Shown here: in pieces, positions 7,332 through 15,377 of the stretch | Numbering within the stretch: the stretch's first letter is position 1 | Layout: every line of letters begins with the position of its first letter | Assembly: GCA_030747675.1 (NCBI GenBank) | Contig: JASLKH010000011.1 | Span: 1 to 16,619 of the forward strand | Direction of reading: 5' to 3' | DNA length: 16,619 nt | Source: Candidatus Thalassarchaeaceae archaeon | GTDB lineage: Archaea > Thermoplasmatota > Poseidoniia > Poseidoniales > Thalassarchaeaceae | The notes under the pieces: generated by a model | Seen by the model: only the letters and a program-made list of their open reading frames with translations | Told to the model about the DNA's origin: nothing | The model's database searches: none | Made by a program: the position numbers and the translations under genes

Positions 7332-8327
7332 TCAAACACCTTGATTTTCCATCAACAAGGATATGAATCCGGAGGTTGCATCGACAATGTCAATTGCCCC
7401 GGACCATCCAGCAGCCCCAGCATGCCCGCCGCCTTCTCCGCCACTTCTATCCATCATTTTTTCCATCAATTTGCCCAGATGAAGGCCATGGTTTGTTGTA
7501 CTCTTACTCGCTCTTGCAGTCAATCGAGTTTCACCCAATACTTTTCGTGCGACTAGGCTGATGTCAGCACCTGCTGAAATAAGGGAGCGTGCAACTATTC
7601 CTTCATTCGTTCCAGCTTTCGTATGTGAAAGAAACCATTTGCCTACATCTAATGTCTCTACTCTTGACAATGCTTTTGCTATTGCAACTTTTTGGGAGTG
7701 ATTTAATTCAACTGATTCCATTTCTTCAATAAGGGCACCATAATCAAGTCCCGATTTCATAACTAATCTTCCTGCGGAACTCAAACTATCCCCATTCGAG
7801 TGACGGAATCTACCTGTATCTGTTATGATTCCTGAAAGCAGCAATTTGGAGGTTTCATAGTCAAGAGATGATTCTGCATACTTTTCGGCCCAGCATTGAA
7901 TAATTTCACATGTTGAACTTGTTTCCCAAACTATGCGTAGGTCTTCTTTCTTAATCTCAAAATCGTCACCTGCACTGTGATGATCAATGATACACTTTGG
8001 CACATCAGGTAATTCGAACCCTACTTGGCTTGTACTTGCTGCATCGACAATGACAACACCGCCTAATTCTCTCGGCCACATTAAATGGTTTACATCCATT
8101 ACTGTAAAATCCGATTTTGTGCTTCGCAAAATAGTCTTGGCTATTGTGCTAATGTGTAAACCACATGCTCTAGATTTTGGACCGAGTATTCTCGATAATG
8201 CACATGCTGATCCAATAGTGTCCATATCTCCATTTTTGTGTGATATTATTGCGACTGCTCCACGTTTTAGAGCATCCCTAATCCAATTATTGAACGCGAA
8301 AATATCATCTTCGCGATCATTTTCCAT
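7332..8327 (-). CDS. DHH/DHHA1-family phosphoesterase (NrnA-like nanoRNase / pAp phosphatase family)
   Basis: Motifs HKNGDMDTIGS, IIVDA, IIDHH, GIITDTGRF and the DHHA1 GGGHAGAAG are all intact. ATG 8327 is preferred because of the SD GAGGTG; the ORF track starts at GTG 8333. Confidence 0.92.
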   Translation of the reverse strand: MENDREDDIFAFNNWIRDALKRGAVAIISHKNGDMDTIGSACALSRILGPKSRACGLHISTIAKTILRSTKSDFTVMDVNHLMWPRELGGVVIVDAASTSQVGFELPDVPKCIIDHHSAGDDFEIKKEDLRIVWETSSTCEIIQCWAEKYAESSLDYETSKLLLSGIITDTGRFRHSNGDSLSSAGRLVMKSGLDYGALIEEMESVELNHSQKVAIAKALSRVETLDVGKWFLSHTKAGTNEGIVARSLISAGADISLVARKVLGETRLTARASKSTTNHGLHLGKLMEKMMDRSGGEGGGHAGAAGWSGAIDIVDATSGFISLLMENQGV

Positions 8328-8336
8328 TAACACACC

Positions 8337-8642
8337 TCATGCAGATTCAAATTCTTTTACCGCTGATTCATAAGATGTTCTTAATTCATTTTCGCGTTGC
8401 TGTAATGTTTCAACATGCGTGCTTAAATGCTGATTTGTTTCATTGAGTTCATCGGTCAATTTCTGCATATCTGCAACCTCAACCAATAGCGGCCCTACCT
8501 GTTGGTAAACTGGGCGTTCAATATCTTGTGAAGATAAGTACTCCATTGTGCCTTGAATTTCCCTTAATTGTGATTGTAAAGTTGCGACCTGCTGGGATAC
8601 CATTTGTAATTCCTGAACTATATTTTCCAATGATTTTTCCAT
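8337..8642 (-). CDS. pfdB: Prefoldin beta subunit
   Basis: 101 aa coiled-coil / VYQQVGPLLVE beta-hairpin / coiled-coil. SD GGTGAT. Canonical position after pcc1 in the archaeal exosome superoperon. Confidence 0.93.
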   Translation of the reverse strand: MEKSLENIVQELQMVSQQVATLQSQLREIQGTMEYLSSQDIERPVYQQVGPLLVEVADMQKLTDELNETNQHLSTHVETLQQRENELRTSYESAVKEFESA

Positions 8643-8650
8643 ATTATCAC

Positions 8651-8878
8651 CTAACTTTCTAAATTATCTAGTACTTCAAAGGCTGCAAAAAGTGACCGCA
8701 TTATTGAATTGTATCTTGCCCGCAAATCACTAGCTGATTTACCAACTAATTGGACAATAAGGCGATTGTTAACAATTGAGGATGCTGCTTCTTCGCATTC
8801 AATACTGGCCTGAAGAGCAGAGGTGTTTGTAGAACCTTCGAGTTCCAAAGTCATTGACCAAGGTTCACTCTTCTTCAT
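8651..8878 (-). CDS. pcc1: KEOPS complex subunit Pcc1
   Basis: About 70-79 aa. N-terminal strand MTLELEG and C-terminal LIVQL.GKSASDLRARYNSIMR match the Pcc1 pattern (…ALR...NS..R). Synteny between rpl37Ae and pfdB. Start is uncertain (8890, 8878 or 8854). Confidence 0.75.
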   Translation of the reverse strand: MKKSEPWSMTLELEGSTNTSALQASIECEEAASSIVNNRLIVQLVGKSASDLRARYNSIMRSLFAAFEVLDNLES

Positions 8879-9230
8879 CTGCACGTCCATCCGCCTCCGC
8901 TTGGGCGCGTTCGTACTCTACTGCTTTCTGTGATGCTATTACTGCCATATCAGTAGCACTCGCACCATCTAATCCACGACGGATGATTCTGTTATTAGCA
9001 TCTGTTGCTCGGGTGAATGGTTCCCACACACCACCTGCAAAAGTGTGTCCACACTTTTTACAGCCCCAAATACCAGAGGCTTGGCGTTTCACCTTAGGGT
9101 ATTGACAAACAGGGCATGTGTATGATCGCTTAACTTTGGAAATTGCTTTGCCGGCTCGTCGCCTCACACTGACACCGTATCGGCTACCAAAACGTGCTGT
9201 TGCTCCTGTTTTTTGTGTTCTCTTACTCAT
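8865..9230 (-). CDS. rpl37ae: 50S ribosomal protein L37Ae (eL43) with C-terminal extension
   Basis: RTQKTGATARFGSRYG, zinc-ribbon CPVC…GIWGCKKCGHTFAGG. ATG 9230 is preceded by SD GGAGG. 121 aa. Confidence 0.96.
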   Translation of the reverse strand: MSKRTQKTGATARFGSRYGVSVRRRAGKAISKVKRSYTCPVCQYPKVKRQASGIWGCKKCGHTFAGGVWEPFTRATDANNRIIRRGLDGASATDMAVIASQKAVEYERAQAEADGRADEEE

Positions 9231-9232
9231 TT

Positions 9233-10018
9233 TCAACCCTCCAAATTACTCACAATATTACGAAGATCAACACAGCGAGATTGAGCTATTGACATTATCT
9301 CGTCAAACTCCTTCGCGGTGAACACTCCTCTTAGACCCTTTTGCAGAGAATGAACATGGCCTTCATCACCTAAGGTGATATGGATTCTTTCATCCCCGCC
9401 CAATTCTTCTCTCTTTGTAGCATCGTAGACGTAACGACCTCCCACCTTATGGAATGAACACATAGTTGGTGTACCTTTGACTGGCAAGGGATAATCTTCC
9501 CCTACATCAAATCGTTCAGCAGGCACAATAGCCGTTCTCAAGGCAGCAATTGCTGCAAGGGCGAAGGCGTCGAACAAGTTTCCATCATCACTGATTGCGA
9601 ATAAATCAAGGATTACTTGCCAAGCTTTTTCACCCGGTAAAATGCACAACTCATTTGTGTCAATACATCCGGATTCACGAATACCTCTGTCAACGACACG
9701 TCCCATTTCTATGCTTGCTTCAGAAGGGGGGCCTGGTTCCCAATTGGGCCCGCAAACCGGACGGATTTCCGCACTTGTCATCAAACCACCCTGTGTAGGT
9801 CGATCAGGATAAGGAGTCATTATCTGGAATTTTACTCCAGCTAAAACAATTGTATCCCCCATTCTGACTCGGCATGAACCTTCAGCATTTTCAAGGCAAT
9901 TCACTTCAATTTCTATGTCGCGGCCCTTGTACTGTTCTCTACCATCTAGACGTGAATCTTCCGCAGCCAGTGCAGATAGACTTTCACGAAGTAAACTAGG
10001 AACTATTGGAATGGCCAT
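9233..10018 (-). CDS. rrp42: Exosome complex component Rrp42
   Basis: RNase PH fold: RLDGR, AEGSCRVRMGDT.V.AGVK, PYPDRP, E.GRVVDRGIRES, DDGNLFDA. TAATG overlap with the rrp41 stop; SD GGAGGTGA. Confidence 0.97.
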   Translation of the reverse strand: MAIPIVPSLLRESLSALAAEDSRLDGREQYKGRDIEIEVNCLENAEGSCRVRMGDTIVLAGVKFQIMTPYPDRPTQGGLMTSAEIRPVCGPNWEPGPPSEASIEMGRVVDRGIRESGCIDTNELCILPGEKAWQVILDLFAISDDGNLFDAFALAAIAALRTAIVPAERFDVGEDYPLPVKGTPTMCSFHKVGGRYVYDATKREELGGDERIHITLGDEGHVHSLQKGLRGVFTAKEFDEIMSIAQSRCVDLRNIVSNLEG

Positions 10019-10740
10019 TAACAATCACCTCCATAGCGCTTTTGAAGAGCTTCAATCATGATTGCATGCACCTCATGTGCTGCCTTGATATTGTAATCCC
10101 AAGCCTGCTGGAATTCTTCCATACTCAAATCACCATCCATCTGTAAGAACACTAACTCATCAGTCATTGGAAGAATTCCCATCGGTAAATCAGCCTCACC
10201 ATAATTGTCCTCTGGTTTGTTCAAATCCATTAGGACAATACCATTACATTTTCCGGCTGCAACGCTTACGACCATGTCAGACATGGGAATTCCTGCATCA
10301 GCAAGTGCAACACTTGCAGCTGTAATTCCACAGCAACGTGTACCAGCCTCAGCACAGATAATTTCAATTTCTACTCGTATCTTACTCCTAGGATATAACT
10401 CCAAATCCACCACACTTTCTAGTGCGTCTCGAGTCACCTTACTAATTTCACGACTTCGTCGATTAAATCCAGGCCGTATACGGTCTGAAGTACTGAATGG
10501 CGCCATGTTATAGCGCACATCAAGGATTGCTCGATCTTGTCTCTGTATCTTACGTGGATGTGCTTCCATGGGGCCATAAACTGCCGCTATAGCCTCATTT
10601 TTACCCCACTTAATGTAGGCACTTCCATCTGCCACAGGGATTACCCCGCACTCAATTTCAACTGGACGCATTTCATCGGCTTTTCGACCGTCTTCACGGA
10701 TGCCATTTTCGTCCATACATTGGTAATCATCATATCCCAT
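10018..10740 (-). CDS. rrp41: Exosome complex exonuclease Rrp41 (catalytic subunit)
   Basis: REDGRKADEMRP, ADGSAY...G.N..IAAVYGP, YNMAPFS, NRRSREISK, GTR, and DLNKPEDNYGEADLP with both catalytic acidic residues. Confidence 0.98.
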   Translation of the reverse strand: MGYDDYQCMDENGIREDGRKADEMRPVEIECGVIPVADGSAYIKWGKNEAIAAVYGPMEAHPRKIQRQDRAILDVRYNMAPFSTSDRIRPGFNRRSREISKVTRDALESVVDLELYPRSKIRVEIEIICAEAGTRCCGITAASVALADAGIPMSDMVVSVAAGKCNGIVLMDLNKPEDNYGEADLPMGILPMTDELVFLQMDGDLSMEEFQQAWDYNIKAAHEVHAIMIEALQKRYGGDC

Positions 10741-10763
10741 TTTCTCACTTCCTTAACTTTCAC

Positions 10764-11453
10764 TCACTCATCCACTAGGGCTTCAACTCGCCCAGCCAAA
10801 CCAGGTAAATGCGCGGTTTCACTGATGACTTTCAGGGCGTTTCTTACGCCATGCATTCCATCATTCTCACCGTCAAGCCATACACGGCCGTTTTGACCAA
10901 CGACTATTCTGCATTCACCAAGACTCTTCAAATTCTGTAACATAATGCCACCTTTCCCGATGACTTTTGGAATAATATGTGGAGGAATTTCTTCAATGAG
11001 GCCTGACTTCAACTTGCGTAGCCCCATCCCTTTCATTGTAGCAACTGCCGAGTGGGTCTCGTCTACTTCTTGGATTCTACACAAAACTGCATCTCCAACA
11101 TCGAGGTGTTCTCGGACCGCTCCGAATTCAACCTTCCAAGGTGCCAAACTCATCGGAAGTATTGCGTTAAACGAGGCCCCGATATCGAGAAACCAAATAT
11201 TGTTCGTCATACCTTCGACCAAGCCAACAACAAGGTCACCTGAACGAGGCACATATCGACTGCTCAAAGGTTCGATGGAAATTGTTTTCCCATTTTTTGT
11301 TAAAGTTCCAATTCGCATGGCAACCAATTCACCGTCGATACGGCGAATGCCATGTCCAAGATTTGCGCCTTCTTGCGCACTGATGCGCTCGCCAGGATAG
11401 ACGAGGCGCACAGCACCCGAGTCGTGCTCGGTAGGTGTGCTGTCTCCACTCAT
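10764..11453 (-). CDS. rrp4: Exosome complex RNA-binding protein Rrp4 (S1 + KH)
   Basis: LVYPGE, GHG, RYVPRSGDLVVG.V, KH motif KVIGKGG, IVVGQNGRVW. ATG 11453 is preferred (upstream GGAGAG); the ORF-track extension to 11531 crosses the intergenic region. Confidence 0.95.
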   Translation of the reverse strand: MSGDSTPTEHDSGAVRLVYPGERISAQEGANLGHGIRRIDGELVAMRIGTLTKNGKTISIEPLSSRYVPRSGDLVVGLVEGMTNNIWFLDIGASFNAILPMSLAPWKVEFGAVREHLDVGDAVLCRIQEVDETHSAVATMKGMGLRKLKSGLIEEIPPHIIPKVIGKGGIMLQNLKSLGECRIVVGQNGRVWLDGENDGMHGVRNALKVISETAHLPGLAGRVEALVDE

Positions 11454-11469
11454 ACGTATTCTCTCCGAG

Positions 11470-11496
11470 CCGGCCGACCCTCCACCCCTCTTTAAC
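11470..11496 (-). promoter_or_regulatory. Putative internal promoter for rrp4: GTTAAAGA + 10 nt + GTCGGCCGG
   Basis: Box at 11496-11489 and motif at 11478-11470, with the same spacing as the EF-2 and rps12 elements. Confidence 0.4.
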
Positions 11497-11527
11497 GGTG
11501 CCCACCCCGTAGGGGTGTGATTAATGC

Positions 11528-12217
11528 TCAATTTAGTTCCTTCACAACCGTGTTAGAATCTCTTTTTGCGACTTTAGAGAGGTATTCGCCTTTCATACCT
11601 GCAGGTATCTCTACTACGAATGCCCAATCGCCATTTTCCAGCCATTCCTCTTTTATGACATCGCTGCGAACTTCACGGTGTACTGCACCATAAGCGGAAC
11701 CTGATACACGGAATGCCAGCTTGATGGTTTGAAACGATAAGGGTATCACTGGACGCAATACTTTGATTGCTTCTTTTATCTGCCGCTCAACGCTAAGGAA
11801 AGGATCTGGGTTCCAGCGTAATTCATCAAGTGCTAATTCAACTCTGGTAACAGGATGTGGTGCTTTAGTGCGCGGGTCTATAGCAGTTCTAGAAATTTCA
11901 CTAATTATTTGTGCGCGTTTATCTGCAATCATCTGACGACGCTGGATAGTTGTTAATTGAATATCCCCCTCATGCAATATTTTTGATACACATTCAATCA
12001 ATTCAGTGGTCCCAAATGTAGAAACCAATTTCTCCTCAGTTGGACGTTCCCCTCCACGGGCGTCATGCCAAACTTCCTCTGTAGCAAGCAAATGATCCAT
12101 AGGAACAGATTTTGCGTCTGATTTCCATTGTTCAACTAATTCTGGATCCACTAGAATTTCGTAGCGCTTACCGCCCTTTTCCAGTCGGGCCACCACAGCA
12201 TCGTCGAGACTAACCAT
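11528..12217 (-). CDS. sbds: Ribosome maturation factor SBDS/SDO1 homolog
   Basis: MVSLDDAVVARLEKGGKRYEILVDP, FGTT, IQLT..QRR, DPRTKAPHPVTR.E.AL. Canonical position between psmA and rrp4. Confidence 0.96.
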   Translation of the reverse strand: MVSLDDAVVARLEKGGKRYEILVDPELVEQWKSDAKSVPMDHLLATEEVWHDARGGERPTEEKLVSTFGTTELIECVSKILHEGDIQLTTIQRRQMIADKRAQIISEISRTAIDPRTKAPHPVTRVELALDELRWNPDPFLSVERQIKEAIKVLRPVIPLSFQTIKLAFRVSGSAYGAVHREVRSDVIKEEWLENGDWAFVVEIPAGMKGEYLSKVAKRDSNTVVKELN

Positions 12218-12256
12218 GATAGTCACACACCCGCGCGGAACTTAGCGGTTGGGATG

Positions 12257-12979
12257 TTAATCATAAGCAGGCTTGAGTTTTTCTATTTGAGCAATGGTCT
12301 CAGCACGATCCAATACTCGGTAACCTGATCCATCAATTACGGCTATTTCCACGGCATCCTTGTTTAACTCGGCCTCTAATGATTCTCTGAGCGCCTCCAA
12401 CCCCATTTTTATGGATGCATTTTGTGTCAAATTGGCCTTCCAATTCTTTTCGAAATACTCAATCACTGTTGCACGACCCTTTCCAATTGCACCTGCATGA
12501 TATGACTGATAAGCACCAGATGGATCTGTTTCGTAGAGATGCAATCCATTATCATCAACACCTGCAATCAATAAGGCTGTTCCAAACGGTCGAGAACCTC
12601 CGTACTGAGTGAAAGATTGCTTGAAATCACAAATTCTCTTTGCCATTGTGTCGACAGGGATACTAGCACTGTAGGTAATCCGATTTACCTGGCATTGTAC
12701 ACGAGCTCTTTCAACTAATTGCCGAGCATCTGCAACTAAGCCAGATGTTGCAAAACCAATATGATCATCGATTTTGTAAACTTTCTCAATTGACTCAGGG
12801 ATAATTAATCGGCTAGAAATTCGCTTATCAACAACGAGAATGACGCCGTCCCGGAATTTCAGTCCTGCAGTTGTGGTTCCTCTTTTGACAGATTCCCGCG
12901 CATATTCGACTTGAAACAGTCGTCCATCGGGGCTGAATGTTGTAATTCCGTGATCATATCCTCGTCCACTAGGCTGCAT
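12257..12979 (-). CDS. psmA: Proteasome subunit alpha
   Basis: MQPSGRGYDHGITTFSPDGRLFQVEYA. Starting from ATG 12979, Y8, D9, P17, Y26 and K66 fall at the Thermoplasma alpha-subunit numbering. Also SGLVADARQL, RPFG..LL and LYETDPSG. Confidence 0.99.
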   Translation of the reverse strand: MQPSGRGYDHGITTFSPDGRLFQVEYARESVKRGTTTAGLKFRDGVILVVDKRISSRLIIPESIEKVYKIDDHIGFATSGLVADARQLVERARVQCQVNRITYSASIPVDTMAKRICDFKQSFTQYGGSRPFGTALLIAGVDDNGLHLYETDPSGAYQSYHAGAIGKGRATVIEYFEKNWKANLTQNASIKMGLEALRESLEAELNKDAVEIAVIDGSGYRVLDRAETIAQIEKLKPAYD

Positions 12980-12991
12980 GTGTATCAAATC

Positions 12992-13022
12992 CCGACTGCC
13001 GAAGGTCCCCTATGAACCTTCG
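12992..13022 (-). promoter_or_regulatory. Putative psmA/superoperon promoter (GTTCATAG + 10 nt + GCAGTCGG), with the box enclosed by an inverted repeat
   Basis: Box at 13017-13010, 38 nt before the ATG. CGAAGGT (13000-13006) and ACCTTCG (13016-13022) form a 7-bp inverted repeat. Confidence 0.4.
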
Positions 13023-13112
13023 TTGTTTGACCTGTCGCATCTCGGAGGTTATTGAATTGTGCAGATGCTGCACCTCCGTCTAATCTATCGTCCTAAAGCA
13101 CTTCGACATTTC

Positions 13113-13892
13113 GTGCGTGTACTTATTTTAGGCTCTGGTGGCAAGGATTCATCCTATGCAATTTGGTGGGCAATGCTAAGGGGTTGGGATGTGGCAGGTA
13201 TAGTCACAGTCCAAATTACTGGAAGTGACTCGATGACGTTTCAGCTCCCAACAACTTCAATCGCTGGCTTGCAAGCCGCTAGTGCAAAGATACCATGGCT
13301 GCCAATACCAATTACAGGAAACCCTGATTCAGAAATGGGTGACTTGAAAAATGCGCTTGAAGGCATCATACAAGGCAGTAGTAAACAGCGATCTGAAATA
13401 TGGTCTAGCTCGGAGAAAAGTGAGGCGATGTGGCCTGAAACTTGGCCATGGCCAGATGATTTGAACAGACTGAGACCTCGTGAACCGATTGATGCCATTG
13501 TTGTCGGAGCCCTTCGCAGTGATTATCAAAAAACTCGAGTTGAAAGAATGTGTCAAGAATTGGGCGTCATATCATACACACCGATATGGCACAATGATTC
13601 GCATCAGCACATGGTTGACTTAATTGAGCATGGATTTTCGATTATGATGACATCAATTACAACAGATGGCCTTGGCAAAGAATGGGTTGGAAAAATATTG
13701 ACTGATGAAAGTTTTCGGAAATTGTCGAAATTGGCTGACGATTTTCGCTTTAATGTCGATGGCGAAGGTGGTGAATATGAAACTGCAGTTTTATCTGCAC
13801 CTTGGATGGATCGTGAAATTGCGACCAAATTCACCGCTCATTGGACAGGAATGCGCGGTTGGGCTGACATTTGGTCAGCCGAACTGATTTAG
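13113..13892 (+). CDS. dph6: Diphthine--ammonia ligase (Dph6; PP-loop ATPase)
   Basis: RVLILGSGGKDS PP-loop, DSMTFQLP, GALRSDYQKTRVERMC..LG…P.W, and GEGGEYET.V..AP. Start is GTG 13113 (matches typical family length) or GTG 13059 (has an SD). Confidence 0.92.
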   Translation: MRVLILGSGGKDSSYAIWWAMLRGWDVAGIVTVQITGSDSMTFQLPTTSIAGLQAASAKIPWLPIPITGNPDSEMGDLKNALEGIIQGSSKQRSEIWSSSEKSEAMWPETWPWPDDLNRLRPREPIDAIVVGALRSDYQKTRVERMCQELGVISYTPIWHNDSHQHMVDLIEHGFSIMMTSITTDGLGKEWVGKILTDESFRKLSKLADDFRFNVDGEGGEYETAVLSAPWMDREIATKFTAHWTGMRGWADIWSAELI

Positions 13893-13957
13893 CGCCCCTG
13901 AATGTGCATTCGGTATACTCAAACACCTAAGCCCAATCCCGCAACCAAGGTGAAGGT

Positions 13958-15307
13958 ATGCCAGTTAGTCCACTCGATTACCGCTATGGCCGAGAACCCA
14001 TCAAATTAGTGTGGAGTCAAGAAGGGCGTCATGCTCGTCAACTGGAAGTTGAACGTGCATTGATTTGGGCACATAACCAGCTTGGGCGCGTATCTGATGA
14101 AGATTATGCCGTAGTTGCTGCAATATCAAATTCAGAATCAGTCACAAAAGAACGTGTTGATGAAATTGAGGCCGAAACAAGACACGATATTATGGCACTC
14201 ACCAAAGCTATGGCGGAAGCTGCTGGAGAAGCTGGTTGGTGTATCCACCTTGGTGCCACTAGCAATGATATTGTCGATACCGCAGTTGGGCTACAAATTT
14301 TGGATAGTGTTGCCATCCATCGAGAGATACTTCAAACATTGATTTCTACCCTTGCAGATTTGGCCGAACGTGAAAGAGATACTGTCATGCTAGGTAGAAC
14401 TCATGGCCAAGCTGCTGTACCAATTACGTTTGGACTGAAAATTGCTGTTTTCCTCGATGAGTTTAGGCGTCATTTAGTTCGACTTGATGAAATGAAAGAT
14501 CGTGTCTGCGTAGGTAAATTCCTTGGAGCCGTTGGAACTGGTGCTGCACAAGGAAAGGATGCTAGGGAATTACAAGAATTAATTCTCACCCATCTTCATT
14601 TAACGGTCCCGTTAGTGACAACTCAAGTTGTGGGTAGAGATCGATATATCGAATGGGTTTCTTGGATGGCAAACGTTGCTACATCTGTTGAAAAGTTACT
14701 TCAAGAAATTCGAAATCTACAACGCAGTGAAATTGCTGAAGTTGGAGAATGGTTTGATGCTGAAAAACAAGTTGGAAGCAGTACTATGGCACACAAAAGA
14801 AATCCTATCACAGCTGAAAATGCGTGCGGCCTTGCTAGAATAGTGCGCTCATTTATCATTCCATCATATGAAAATGCGCTATTATGGCATGAGCGTGATT
14901 TAGCAAATTCAAGCGCAGAGAGATTTACTCTTTCCCATTCTGCAATTCTACTGGATGATATACTCGCAAAGTGTAATCGAGTCATGTCGAAATGTGTTGT
15001 AGATTCAGCGCGTATGCGGCAAAATATTGACTCGCAGCAGGGTTTAGTTATGGCAGAGAAAGTTATGATTGAATTGGTTGATGCAGGATTCCCTCGCGAC
15101 CATGCGCACGAAATACTTCGTGCCGCCTCTATGACTGCAACATCTACTGGTCAAGATTTAAGAAATGTCTGCGAAGATATATCAGAAATTACTGAGAAAT
15201 TTTCACCCACAGAATTAGACTCGATGTTTGATCCAAACAATCATGTCGGAGTTTCTGCGGAATTAGTTGACGAATCTGTAAGTCTAGCTCGATCATCCCT
15301 GACTTGA
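13958..15307 (+). CDS. purB: Adenylosuccinate lyase
   Basis: 449 aa with SPLDYRYG, ETRHD, HLGATSNDI.DT, GRTHGQ, GAVGT and the fumarase-superfamily signature GSSTMAHKRNPI..EN..GL. SD-like AAGGTGA. Confidence 0.97.
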   Translation: MPVSPLDYRYGREPIKLVWSQEGRHARQLEVERALIWAHNQLGRVSDEDYAVVAAISNSESVTKERVDEIEAETRHDIMALTKAMAEAAGEAGWCIHLGATSNDIVDTAVGLQILDSVAIHREILQTLISTLADLAERERDTVMLGRTHGQAAVPITFGLKIAVFLDEFRRHLVRLDEMKDRVCVGKFLGAVGTGAAQGKDARELQELILTHLHLTVPLVTTQVVGRDRYIEWVSWMANVATSVEKLLQEIRNLQRSEIAEVGEWFDAEKQVGSSTMAHKRNPITAENACGLARIVRSFIIPSYENALLWHERDLANSSAERFTLSHSAILLDDILAKCNRVMSKCVVDSARMRQNIDSQQGLVMAEKVMIELVDAGFPRDHAHEILRAASMTATSTGQDLRNVCEDISEITEKFSPTELDSMFDPNNHVGVSAELVDESVSLARSSLT

Positions 15308-15377
15308 GGGCGTTGTGCGAAACTAAGGGAATGAACTAAGTTTGGCCCTGGGTTCATCTTGTCAGTATGTGCCCACT

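Noticed and set aside
11454-11531. 26-aa N-terminal extension of Rrp4 in the ORF track
   Set aside because: It crosses promoter-like and hairpin elements. ATG 11453 has an SD-like sequence and gives a typical Rrp4 length.
12947-12958. YDH instead of YDR in the proteasome alpha gate
   Set aside because: The key gate and pocket residues Y8, D9, P17, Y26 and K66 are retained, so this is likely a minor variant.
13862-13880. Perfect 7-bp hairpin GGCTGAC-ATTTG-GTCAGCC
   Set aside because: It lies inside the last codons of dph6 with no U-tract, and a single such stem can arise by chance in 16 kb.
14770-14810. PurB signature SSTMAHKRNP (Ala where Pro is common)
   Set aside because: The catalytic Ser, Lys and Asn are intact; this is a conservative variant.
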